Part shown: one piece after another, positions 1 through 10,123 of the stretch
How the letters are laid out: every line of letters starts with the position of its first letter
How positions within the stretch are numbered: position 1 is the first letter of the stretch
Source: Hellea sp.
GTDB lineage: Bacteria > Pseudomonadota > Alphaproteobacteria > Caulobacterales > Maricaulaceae
NCBI GenBank assembly: GCA_020628635.1
Contig: JAHDEU010000001.1
Location: 1 to 35,677, forward strand
Reading direction: 5' to 3'
Length of the DNA stretch: 35,677 nucleotides
Position numbers and translations under genes: made by a program
Notes under the pieces: model-generated
Databases searched by the model: none
Seen by the model: only the letters and a program-made list of their open reading frames with translations
What the model was told of the DNA's origin: nothing

Positions 1-2
1 GC

Positions 3-1769
3 GAAGGTCGCGCCCGCATGGGTTATGGCTGTGAGCATTGCGCCGTCCGCGCCCGCATCGTCATTGTCCGTGACACTCCCCGCCACAGAGGCGCCGCCCT
101 CGACGACCGTGACCGGGCCGTCATCCGCAGCCGACGGGACATCATCGATGACCCTCAAATCCATGACGGCGTCCGACGTGCTGCCGTCGCGGTCGGAAAC
201 GACGACATCCAACTGCTCGGAGACAGTGTCGCGTCCCAAATCATCGTGATCCGATGTCGGCGCGGTGATCTCATAGGTGTAGGTGAAGCGCGCGGCCGTG
301 ACTGTCCCATCTGCGAGGGTGACCGGCGAAAAACCGGTGATGGTGACGGTCCCATACTCCGTCGGAATCGTGACGGGACCGCTGAACACACCGTTGGTCA
401 CCACGGCCACGCCGGCAATCGTGACCGTGTCGAGGCCGTCGGGTGTGTCCACGGCGAAGGACTGCGTGTCCGTCGCACCGCCTTGCGTGCCGAGGTCGGC
501 TTCGTCGACAGCCGCATCGGCACCAGGGGCGCCAAGGCCGGAGATCACCACCGGGTCGTCGACGCCGCGCAAGGTGATGCTCAGCACGGCATCGGCCGTG
601 TCACCATCGGAGTCGGTGCGAAGATAGGGGATGTCCAGCGTCACGGTTTCGCTGCCGGACAGCGCGATCAGGGCGGGATGATCCGTATCGACGGCAAAGG
701 TGTAACTGCCGTCCGGCGCGATGCTCAGCGCGCCGTATTCGGTCTGGATGACGATGCCGTCGTCCGTCATGTCCTCGCCGTCGACGGAGGTGATCCGGCC
801 ACCATCGGCCCCGTTCTCGTCATTGCCCGATAGATCACCTTGCAGCGTCTCGTCGGATACGTTGCCGGAGGCCATGTCGTCGCGCGCGATCGGCCCATCA
901 TCGGTGATGGTGACCACGATGGATCCCGATACGCTGTCTCCGTCTGCGTCTGTCAGCACGACGTCGAAACTCTCGGACAAAACGTCCTCGCCTTGCGTGG
1001 CGCCCGCGACCGGATGATCGATGGCCCCGTCCGGTGTGAAAACGTAGCTGTAGGTGCCGTCCGCGTTCGGTGTGATAGTCAAGATGCCGTATGTTCCGAC
1101 GACGGTTCCGCCGTCCGTGACGTCGACTCCGCCGATCACCAGCGATCCGATCCCGTCGCGCCCGGTATCGACTTCGAGTATGCCCGTGACGACAGCTTGT
1201 CCGTCGCCTTCGGCTGTGCCGCCCTCGAAATAGCGTTCTTCGAGAGTGACGTCGACGATACGGGTCGAAGGGTTGCTGTCGACAAGCGGCTCGACAGGGT
1301 CGTCCTCGCCGTCTGGATCGCTGACAGTCGCGGGTTCGGGGTCGGTGATCGCGACCACCAGTTCGGGTTCGTCGTCTTCGATGAAGGGCTGGACCTCTTC
1401 CTCCCGCACGCGGTTGAACAGCAGTGCCGTGGGCGGGAGCAGGTCGGTCAGTCCGATGCCCTCGCCGATGTCGCCCAAGGCGAAGCTGTCGTCCGAAGCC
1501 CCGCCTGATAGGGGTGGCGTCCCTGGATCGGTTTCGTCACCGGCTTCGGGATCTATGTCTTCCACCTCGCCGAGGAGGTCAGCGGCGGGAACGAGAAGTC
1601 CGTCCACGACACCATAGGCGATGCCATCGATCTCGATAAGTTCGCTGCCGATGCCTGCGTCGAGTTGCGAAAGACGGACGGGGCTCTCAATGTCGGGAGC
1701 CGTTTCGGCATCCGCCTCCAGAGTCGTGTCTACCTTGGGCTCGAAGCCCGCATTTTCATCCCGTTCCAT
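3..1769 (-). CDS. Large acidic T1SS-secreted repetitive adhesin (LapA/Bap-like), 5' part; continues beyond left edge
   Basis: Manual minus-strand translation from ATG 1769 (GAGG upstream) is open to the window edge: MERDENAGFEPKVDTT...DIDPEAGDE...LTDLLPPTALLF. It then has Asp/Thr/Gly-rich Ig/VCBS-like repeats (YGILTITPNADGTYSY, DADGD, DDGPIARDD, GNDENGADG, YGALSIAPDGSYTF, DDVPSAADD). No Sec signal. Adjacent to a BTLCP protease and near a T1SS. Absent from the ORF track because there is no stop in the window. Confidence 0.88.
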   Translation of the reverse strand, partial: MERDENAGFEPKVDTTLEADAETAPDIESPVRLSQLDAGIGSELIEIDGIAYGVVDGLLVPAADLLGEVEDIDPEAGDETDPGTPPLSGGASDDSFALGDIGEGIGLTDLLPPTALLFNRVREEEVQPFIEDDEPELVVAITDPEPATVSDPDGEDDPVEPLVDSNPSTRIVDVTLEERYFEGGTAEGDGQAVVTGILEVDTGRDGIGSLVIGGVDVTDGGTVVGTYGILTITPNADGTYSYVFTPDGAIDHPVAGATQGEDVLSESFDVVLTDADGDSVSGSIVVTITDDGPIARDDMASGNVSDETLQGDLSGNDENGADGGRITSVDGEDMTDDGIVIQTEYGALSIAPDGSYTFAVDTDHPALIALSGSETVTLDIPYLRTDSDGDTADAVLSITLRGVDDPVVISGLGAPGADAAVDEADLGTQGGATDTQSFAVDTPDGLDTVTIAGVAVVTNGVFSGPVTIPTEYGTVTITGFSPVTLADGTVTAARFTYTYEITAPTSDHDDLGRDTVSEQLDVVVSDRDGSTSDAVMDLRVIDDVPSAADDGPVTVVEGGASVAGSVTDNDDAGADGAMLTAITHAGATF

Positions 1770-1790
1770 CGGAGCGCCCCTCGGAAATCT

Positions 1791-1807
1791 GTTAAGACTT
1801 TCCTAAC
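1791..1807. promoter_or_regulatory. CtrA-like box (1 mismatch) upstream of adhesin
   Basis: GTTAAGACTTTCCTAAC; minus strand reads GTTAG-N7-TTAAC versus consensus TTAA-N7-TTAAC; 21 bp upstream of the adhesin ATG. Confidence 0.6.
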
Positions 1808-1849
1808 GGTAATCCGGTTCGGACCGAACAGCCGTCTGCGCTGGTTGTG

Positions 1850-1865
1850 CATACAGGCATATGTA
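1850..1865 (-). promoter_or_regulatory. Shared 16-bp operator-like box, copy 1
   Basis: Minus strand TACATATGCCTGTATG; 15/16 identical to 14773-14788. Confidence 0.6.
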
Positions 1866-2010
1866 CCGGGGCCGTGTTTCTCCTTGAAAGGTGCTCGGAG
1901 ACAAGGGTTTGGGCGAGCGGAGTGAGCGTCCGGCATCCCGCAATTTCACCGTTGCTCAACCATGATGCTGAAGCGGATGGCAAGGCTGCGCGTGCCAGAT
2001 TCGCCGCAGC

Positions 2011-3072
2011 ATGGGACAGTTCGCTCATACCGCCAAATCTGCGCTGTCCATCTGCGCAGCCGCCCTGACCTTGGTCTGGGCGGAACCCGTGGGGCCGCGT
2101 GTGCAGATACTTCACACCGTGCCCATGGCGTCGCCTTGGGCCCAACCGAGTGCTTCCCCCCGGACAGTCGCGCAAGCGGCGGAACTCCAGCCCGAGGTCG
2201 CGGCGACGGGTCAACCACAATCCGCTGTTCATGAGAACTCCTCACGGAACGCCACCGTCGTGAACGCGATATCCGATATCGCTGAAACGCCCGTTCGGGC
2301 TTTCCCGAGCCTCAAACCAAGACGCACAAACCTCGAGCCCGAGCAACGGCACACCGCGCCTGACAGTGCGTCCGTCCCGTCACCGCGCCCAGCCGTGCGG
2401 GTGGCCTCCGCGGCCCCGGCGACAACGCTGCGACACGGCAATGGTCCCAGCGGGTTCTCCGGCGACGGACGCGCGAGACAATTGCGCAAGAACGGCTTGA
2501 TGGGCGGGGCTGAGATCCGTTTCGCCGACGCCGACGCCATCTCCGACTTCGCCTTCGTGCGCGCCGGGCTGGCATCGGACATCGACACACTTCGCGCCTG
2601 TCGTGGCCAGGGGTGCGCCTCCGAACTGGGACGGATGGCCGACCGGCTCTCCGGCTTGGGCGAAAGCGATCTCGGCGCGATCAACGCCCTGGTGAATGCC
2701 ATTCCCTATCGGAGCGATGCCTCGAACTGGGCGGTGTCGGATCATTGGGCACGGCCCGTGGAGATGTTGAGGCGTGGCGGCGATTGCGAGGATTTCGCAC
2801 TGCTGAAATTTGCCGCGCTATCCGCGCTGGGCGTGTCCGAGGACAGGATGCGCATCGTCATCGGCCACACGCGCGCGGGCACGCCCCATGTCGTGCTGAG
2901 TGTTGACACCGGCCGCGACACGGTTTTTCTCGACAACAGGACCGACCGGGTGCTCCTGGCTGCGGAAACCGACCTGATACCGCGCTATTCGGTCAATCGT
3001 CAGGCGCGGTGGACGCATATCCGCAAACCCCAGCACCGGCGCTATGCGAGCAGGACAAGCGCCACGCTGTAG
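2011..3072 (+). CDS. lapG: Transglutaminase-like cysteine proteinase (BTLCP / LapG family) with long N-terminal extension
   Basis: C-terminal domain has INALVN, YRSD...WAVSDHWARP, GDCEDFALLK (catalytic Cys), HVVL (His) and LDN (Asp). N-terminal signal-like segment followed by a Pro/Ala/Ser-rich linker. Confidence 0.88.
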   Translation: MGQFAHTAKSALSICAAALTLVWAEPVGPRVQILHTVPMASPWAQPSASPRTVAQAAELQPEVAATGQPQSAVHENSSRNATVVNAISDIAETPVRAFPSLKPRRTNLEPEQRHTAPDSASVPSPRPAVRVASAAPATTLRHGNGPSGFSGDGRARQLRKNGLMGGAEIRFADADAISDFAFVRAGLASDIDTLRACRGQGCASELGRMADRLSGLGESDLGAINALVNAIPYRSDASNWAVSDHWARPVEMLRRGGDCEDFALLKFAALSALGVSEDRMRIVIGHTRAGTPHVVLSVDTGRDTVFLDNRTDRVLLAAETDLIPRYSVNRQARWTHIRKPQHRRYASRTSATL

Positions 3073-3536
3073 AGGCTCAGTCCCATGGCGATGGCCGGAC
3101 CGTAGGGCAGCCGAGCCATGCGCGCCGTGGCAAGCGCGTCGCTCTCTCCCGCCCGGCGGGCCTGCATGAAGCGCATGGATCCATAGGCCAGGGCCCAAAC
3201 CAGGCCCGACAGCGCGATCAAGACGAACAGCACCGGCAGGGTACCGAACGGTATGAGCGGTGTGAGCGCGGCCAGAAGCTTCACATCCCCCCCGCCCATG
3301 ACCCCGAGGGCGAAGAACACGACTCCGATAACGAAGGCGATGAGCCCACCCAAGGCCTGCACGGCCAACACCCCCAAACCCACGCCTGATTGCATGGCGA
3401 CAAGCGCAAACGGAATCCAAAGTGCCATGAGCGCCCAGCTGAAGGCGTGAGGGATCGTGAAGGTTCTCAGATCGACCACGGCCGCCCACCACACGATGAT
3501 CAGGCAGGCGATCAGTCCGGCAATGGGCAGGGACAC
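3042..3536 (-). CDS. cpaA: Prepilin peptidase, A24 family (CpaA/TadV)
   Basis: Hydrophobic 164 aa with DLRTFTIP and MGGGDVKLL aspartate motifs and a C-terminal LPYGPAIA; last gene of the Tad operon. Confidence 0.9.
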   Translation of the reverse strand: MSLPIAGLIACLIIVWWAAVVDLRTFTIPHAFSWALMALWIPFALVAMQSGVGLGVLAVQALGGLIAFVIGVVFFALGVMGGGDVKLLAALTPLIPFGTLPVLFVLIALSGLVWALAYGSMRFMQARRAGESDALATARMARLPYGPAIAMGLSLYSVALVLLA

Positions 3537-3544
3537 AGCGTCGA

Positions 3545-4408
3545 CTAGCCGTTCAGCTGCAGGGCTTCGGCCATGAGCTCCTCGATCACCGTGTCGTGGC
3601 GCGGCGAGGCGTGGCGGGCTCGCTTCAGCAGGCTTACGGCGGCAACCTTGTCGCTCTTCCCTATCGCATCGCGCGCCAGAGAGCCGTAGATCCGGCTCTG
3701 CTCCGTGGCATTGGCACCCTCCAGGGCCGCGTCCATCCTGCCGCTATGGGCGAGGGCGATGCGGTGTTCGATTTCCAGCGCGTTCGTGTCGAGCGGAGAG
3801 GGGTTGGCTCGTTCATAGGCGACCAGTGCCTGCGCATAGTGCCCGCTCAGCGCCTCCACCCGACCGATTTCGCGCGCCACGATTGCGGGACGGTCCGAAT
3901 GTTTCTCGGCCAGCGAAAGAAGGTCGCGCGCCTTTTGCAGATTGCCGGAGTCGCGTTCGATGGTGGCGAGTGCCAGCGCCTCGCGCCAGCGGGTCGGATC
4001 GGAGGCGAGTGCCGACATGAGAAAGGGTTTGGCCGAGTCCGCATCGCCTGAGCGAAGATAGGCGAGACCGAGGTGACCTTCCACGTCCGGATCGGAAGCC
4101 TGCTCGCGCAGCACGGCGTAGTGACGTATCGCCGTCTCCGGCTCATTTCTGAACAAGGCGATCTGGGCAGCGAGTCGCAGCGCCGTGGCATTGTCGCCAT
4201 CGAGCGCGAGCGCGACCTTGGCATAGCCGTCGGCTTCCCGGAAATTCCCGGCGTCATATTTCGATTGCGCCTGCTGTGCGATTTGCGCGGATTTCGCCGG
4301 GTCGGGCTTGATGGCCTGGCGCTGTTGGGGCCCGGTCGAGGCGCAGGCCGACATCCAGACTGCGCAGAGGCAAAGAGCGCCGAGCCGAAGGGTTTGCAGG
4401 TATTGCAT
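3545..4408 (-). CDS. tadD: TPR lipoprotein, TadD-like
   Basis: Lipobox MSAC; helical TPR-like repeats (LGLAYLRSGDADSAKPFL); follows tadC. Confidence 0.75.
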   Translation of the reverse strand: MQYLQTLRLGALCLCAVWMSACASTGPQQRQAIKPDPAKSAQIAQQAQSKYDAGNFREADGYAKVALALDGDNATALRLAAQIALFRNEPETAIRHYAVLREQASDPDVEGHLGLAYLRSGDADSAKPFLMSALASDPTRWREALALATIERDSGNLQKARDLLSLAEKHSDRPAIVAREIGRVEALSGHYAQALVAYERANPSPLDTNALEIEHRIALAHSGRMDAALEGANATEQSRIYGSLARDAIGKSDKVAAVSLLKRARHASPRHDTVIEELMAEALQLNG

Positions 4409-4417
4409 GGTTGGCTC

Positions 4418-5344
4418 CTATCCGGGGATGTTCTGCGTGATGTTCATCATCACGGGGACGAGGATCACCATGAACAGCGTCGGGAAGATGCAGGTCGTGA
4501 GCGGAATGCTCATCAACACGGGAAGCTTGTTGGCCTTCTCCTCGGCCTTCATCATGCGTTCGCGCCGCATGTCGAAGGCCGCCGCCCGGATCGCGCCGGT
4601 CAGGCTCGTGCCCAGGCTCTCGCTCTGATTGACCATGTTCACGATGGACGTCAGCTCCGGCAGGTCAACGCGGCGCGCCATGTTCTTCAGGGCATCGGCG
4701 CGGTTGCGGCCGGCGCGGAATTCCAGCGTCACGATCTCGAACTGCTTCGACACAGCCGGATGGGCCACGCGGAACTCTTTGGCCACGAATTGCAGCGCGA
4801 CCGGAAAGGACTGGCCCGCCTCAAGACAGATCAGCGTCATGTCCAGAGCGTCGGGAAGCCCGCGCGAGAAATTGTACCGGTTCTCCTTGGCCTTGTTGTT
4901 GATGACGAGGAGCGGGGCATAATATCCCGCCGCTCCCAGCGCGACCACGGCGAATGTCGCGACCAGCGGCGACAGCGTCGAACCGGACACGAAAAGGATG
5001 GTGGACATGCCGACGGCGAGGATGACGCTGAGGGTCAGGCGAATGGCGAGGAAGATCGCTCCGGCGCGCGGGGAGTAGAAGCCGGCCGCCCGCAGGAGAT
5101 CGACCTTCTCCACCACGGCGTCATCGTCGTCCTCGGTCCTGCGGATGCGCTGCTTGAACGGCTCCAGGAAACGGTCGAGCTTGGCGTTCTCCTTGGCGAG
5201 GCGCAGGCTCTCGGCCTTTCTCTCGTCTTCGAAACTCACCCCGATGCGCGCGGCGACGGGGTCGCGTCCGAAGACCAACAGACCGATCGCCATGATCACC
5301 ATGACGACCGTCAGAAATATTATGACCACGAGTGATAGGGGCAT
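4418..5344 (-). CDS. tadC: Tad inner-membrane platform protein TadC
   Basis: LPDALDMTLICLEAG, QSESLGTSL, AEEKANKLPVLMSIPLTTCIFP motifs. Confidence 0.93.
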   Translation of the reverse strand: MPLSLVVIIFLTVVMVIMAIGLLVFGRDPVAARIGVSFEDERKAESLRLAKENAKLDRFLEPFKQRIRRTEDDDDAVVEKVDLLRAAGFYSPRAGAIFLAIRLTLSVILAVGMSTILFVSGSTLSPLVATFAVVALGAAGYYAPLLVINNKAKENRYNFSRGLPDALDMTLICLEAGQSFPVALQFVAKEFRVAHPAVSKQFEIVTLEFRAGRNRADALKNMARRVDLPELTSIVNMVNQSESLGTSLTGAIRAAAFDMRRERMMKAEEKANKLPVLMSIPLTTCIFPTLFMVILVPVMMNITQNIPG

Positions 5345-5353
5345 CGCTCTCTC

Positions 5354-6295
5354 CTAGATCCGTATGGTGACGAGGCGTTTCATCCAGACCAGCCCCGCGA
5401 TGTAGAACGCGAGCGGGAACGCCATGATCTGGAAGAAGGACGGGTTGTCGAGATGATCCCGGTAGTAGCTGGGCATCATCAGATTGATGACCAGGACGAT
5501 GATGAGGGGCAGCAAGCCGACGATCCATCCGGTGACCCGTCCCTCCGCCGACATGGCCTTGACTTTCATGCCCATGGCTTTGCGGTCTCGCATCATCTTG
5601 GTGAGATTGTTGAGCACCTCCACCAGATTGCCGCCGGTCTCGCGCTGGACTTCCAGGGCCGCGTTGAAGAACTGCATGTCCGGGCTGGGGAAGCGCTCGC
5701 CCAGATTGCGCAGGGCGACCGTGCGGTCCAGTCCGTAGTTGATCTCGTCGATGGCGAGGCCGAATTCCGTGCCGATGGGATCGGGCATTTCCTTGGCCAC
5801 GATCTCCAGCGCGACCGCGGCCGGGTGGCCGGCCTGCAGGCCTCGGCTCACAAGGTCCACTGCGGGAATGAGCTGTTCGTTGAAAAGTTTCCGACGCTTG
5901 CGCGCCCGCATGGCGACGAAACCATAGGGCAGCGTCCCGAAGAACAGGGCGATGATCGAGCGTTGGCGTCCGTCCACACCTAGGACCGACAGCACGAGAA
6001 AGAGACAGACCACAAGCGTGCCCGTCAGGATCAGCAGGCCATAGGGATTGATCTTGAGGTTGGACGCCCAGATCATGCTGTCGAGCTTGGCGATGAAACG
6101 GTTTCCCATCCGGCGCTTGCGGTGGTCGCGCAGCAGGGACAGACCGACGTCCTGCTGCCCCGTCTTTCGGATCAGCTTGATGCGCTTGTTGACCAGCGCG
6201 TCGTTGGAGACGCGGCTGCGCACGATGAACCATATCCCCTCGATCAAGAGGATGACGGAGATGAAAATGGCGGCGTAAAGGAGGTAGATCTGCAC
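5354..6295 (-). CDS. tadB: Tad inner-membrane platform protein TadB
   Basis: GLQAGHP, PDPIGTEF, QRETGGNLVEVL, AMSAEGR motifs; GTG start. Confidence 0.93.
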   Translation of the reverse strand: MQIYLLYAAIFISVILLIEGIWFIVRSRVSNDALVNKRIKLIRKTGQQDVGLSLLRDHRKRRMGNRFIAKLDSMIWASNLKINPYGLLILTGTLVVCLFLVLSVLGVDGRQRSIIALFFGTLPYGFVAMRARKRRKLFNEQLIPAVDLVSRGLQAGHPAAVALEIVAKEMPDPIGTEFGLAIDEINYGLDRTVALRNLGERFPSPDMQFFNAALEVQRETGGNLVEVLNNLTKMMRDRKAMGMKVKAMSAEGRVTGWIVGLLPLIIVLVINLMMPSYYRDHLDNPSFFQIMAFPLAFYIAGLVWMKRLVTIRI

Positions 6296-6305
6296 GGCGA
6301 GCCCC

Positions 6306-7712
<1,407 letters not shown>

Positions 7713-7715
7713 CGT

Positions 7716-8978
7716 CTATCCCCTGATTTGACTGGCCGCGCGATCCGACGCCGTGTCCACCGGAGAACCGGCTTGCCCGGACTGGTCGTCGGATATCGCT
7801 GAGTTGATGATGGCAAGTGTCTGGTCCGCGATCGCCGAAACCGCCTTGACCTGCGCTTTGGCGCCGCCGACCTCGGCCAGCACCTTGCCGCGCTCGCGCG
7901 CCGTCCTGTGGATCTTCTCCGCGAAGGGAAGCGTCTCGATCGGCCGGTTCAGCACATCGGCAATACGCGATAGCCGTTCCTTGTGCGCAAGGCCCTGCGT
8001 TCCGTTGGCCACGACCAGCACCCGACCGCGCTCGACATCGATATCGTCCAATCCCTGCATGACCGCTTGAGCCCGCTCCGCGTGCTCGATGCATGGGCGC
8101 AGGGTCAGGATGATGGCATCCGACCGGCTCAGGGCAGGCTGGGTCTGCGCGCCCCAATTCTGCGCGTGATCCAGGATGATGTAGTCGTAATGCTGCGTCG
8201 CCGCATCCAGCAGACGGTTGCAGAACTCCTTGGACAGGGCCGACAGAGGGAGGATTTCCCGGGGTGCGGTCAGCAGGTCGAGGCCCGGTCTGACGGAGTG
8301 CGATGTCGAGTCGAGGAAGCTCCCGTCCAGCCGGTCCCCCGCCTTGATGAGGTCCAGCAGGCTGGTCTTGATCTCGACGTCGAAGGCGGCTGCCAAGCTC
8401 CCGAATTGTGGGTCGAAATCAACGAGCAGAACGCGGACGTCGGCGCCGGAGTGCGCTTTCTTGCGCGACGCGAGATTGTGAGCGAGATTAATGGCGACCG
8501 TGCTGGCCCCGGCGCCACCGCCAGCGTTCTGCACGCTGATGATGCGTCCAGCGCGCGTGGGTTTTGCGCGCCGACGGGGCTGGGACATCAGCGTGCCGAG
8601 CGATGATTTCAATTCATTGTCGGATACGGGCAGTTCCAGCACGTCGTCCAGCCCGAGCCGGAAGAGTTGCCTGACGCTGGCCGTCGATCCGTTTCGGATG
8701 ATGGCGACCAGCGAACCGGACGCTCCGACATAACGCGACAGCCTCTGCAGGGCTTCGATCGCCTGCGGGTGTGCCATGTCGGCTTCGACGATGACGACGT
8801 CCGCGCTGCCATTGACCAACCGGCCACCATTGGCCACCGGGTCGTCCGAAGTTTTGACCGTGGTGCTGACCGAGGGCATGGACGCGCCGAGACGGTCGAT
8901 GGACTGCGCCAGCTGCGGATCGCGGACGATGGCGAGCATCGTCTTCCCAGCCGGCTGTGATTTGGAGAACAGCTTCAT
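7716..8978 (-). CDS. cpaE: CpaE/TadZ pilus localisation protein (receiver-like + ParA/MinD-like)
   Basis: N-terminal atypical receiver-like domain, deviant P-loop GGGAGAST, LLVDFDPQFG, YDYIILD; directly upstream of cpaF. Confidence 0.88.
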   Translation of the reverse strand: MKLFSKSQPAGKTMLAIVRDPQLAQSIDRLGASMPSVSTTVKTSDDPVANGGRLVNGSADVVIVEADMAHPQAIEALQRLSRYVGASGSLVAIIRNGSTASVRQLFRLGLDDVLELPVSDNELKSSLGTLMSQPRRRAKPTRAGRIISVQNAGGGAGASTVAINLAHNLASRKKAHSGADVRVLLVDFDPQFGSLAAAFDVEIKTSLLDLIKAGDRLDGSFLDSTSHSVRPGLDLLTAPREILPLSALSKEFCNRLLDAATQHYDYIILDHAQNWGAQTQPALSRSDAIILTLRPCIEHAERAQAVMQGLDDIDVERGRVLVVANGTQGLAHKERLSRIADVLNRPIETLPFAEKIHRTARERGKVLAEVGGAKAQVKAVSAIADQTLAIINSAISDDQSGQAGSPVDTASDRAASQIRG

Positions 8979-9589
8979 GACGTTCCGTCCCCGGTGTCTT
9001 CACCGATCACCGTGGTCTGCGCGCTGTCGATGCCGATCGATGCGGCAAATGTCGTGCCCGGTGTCAGCGCATTGAGGAGCCCACCCACGGCGACGAAGTC
9101 ATAGGTGATGTTTTCGATCGACACGGTGATGGCCGGCACGGGCTTGCCCCGTCCCACGAAGCCGTAGCCGGTCCCGGAAAAGGTGATGCGCACATCCGCA
9201 GGCTCGGCGTCGGGATAGATGGCGGCGACCGATGCAAGTACGGCATTGATGCCGGTCATGTTGCAGCCGCTGCCCCCGGCGCCGGTGCAGACGACGCTCC
9301 ATCCCGTGCTTCCGGGAATGTTGGCGCAGTCCGTGCCGGCTGAAGCGGAGGTGGCGACTCCGCAATCGCTCACGCCTTCGAGGATCAGACGTGTCGCGGC
9401 GATCCGCGCGGCCGCCTGGGTCGCCTTCTGGGCGCTGTTGAACTTGTTGTAGACGAGACCGAATTCGACCAGCGAGAAGGTGATCAGCAGCATCAGCGCG
9501 GCGACGAGACTGAATTCGACCAGAACGGCGCCGCCGTCGTCTTCGTGCAGCCGCTTGCTCGACAATTTGTGGGGGAGAGAGAGGGCCAT
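8975..9589 (-). CDS. TadE/TadF-like pseudopilin
   Basis: Class III signal G|AVLVEFSLV, hydrophobic helix, AARIAA motif. Confidence 0.85.
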   Translation of the reverse strand: MALSLPHKLSSKRLHEDDGGAVLVEFSLVAALMLLITFSLVEFGLVYNKFNSAQKATQAAARIAATRLILEGVSDCGVATSASAGTDCANIPGSTGWSVVCTGAGGSGCNMTGINAVLASVAAIYPDAEPADVRITFSGTGYGFVGRGKPVPAITVSIENITYDFVAVGGLLNALTPGTTFAASIGIDSAQTTVIGEDTGDGTS

Positions 9590-9592
9590 TCG

Positions 9593-10123
9593 TCAGTCCC
9601 CCACAAATACTTCTTGGTGCGACGCCCGGATGGTCAGCCCGCCTTGGGCAGTCGAGTTCGTCAGGGCCCGCAAGGCACCCAGGAGACCGATGTCGTCATA
9701 GGGAAAGCTGGTGGATACGGTGACGATGTAGAGGTTCTCGCACTGTCCGCGCCAGGGTCGCGAGCCCGAGGCGGCGGCATTGCTCACCGTGGTCAGTCCG
9801 ATCGACACGGCGCTCGGGTCCGTCCAGTTCTGCAGGGCCGCCGTGCCGCCGCTGACCTGACCGCGCTGGGCAAGATTGGCGGCTTGGGTCAACGCAGCCG
9901 CATAGCCGGCGGACGCGCCGGGGTCGCAGGGGTCGGGCGCCGGAGCCCGCGCGACATAGCGCGCGGCCGCCTTGACGCCCTTCTCGGCAACGACGTGCTG
10001 ATAGGTGGCGCGGCTGAACTCGATCAGGCCGAAAACCATGGCGAACAGGATCGGCAGCAATATGCTGAACTCGACCAGGGCCGCGCCGGTTTCGTCACCT
10101 CCCAGTTGATGCCGCGGGATCAT
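9593..10123 (-). CDS. tadE: TadE-like pseudopilin
   Basis: G|AALVEFSILLPILFAMVFGLIEF, AAARYVA. Confidence 0.87.
   Translation of the reverse strand: MIPRHQLGGDETGAALVEFSILLPILFAMVFGLIEFSRATYQHVVAEKGVKAAARYVARAPAPDPCDPGASAGYAAALTQAANLAQRGQVSGGTAALQNWTDPSAVSIGLTTVSNAAASGSRPWRGQCENLYIVTVSTSFPYDDIGLLGALRALTNSTAQGGLTIRASHQEVFVGD

Noticed and set aside
18-1617. Plus-strand ORFs 18..833, 840..1508 and neighbours
   Set aside because: Antisense shadows of the minus-strand adhesin, whose frame is open throughout and has recognisable repeats.
8500-8530. Missing Walker A lysine in cpaE as a sign of pseudogenisation
   Set aside because: A deviant P-loop is normal for CpaE/TadZ, and the ORF is intact.
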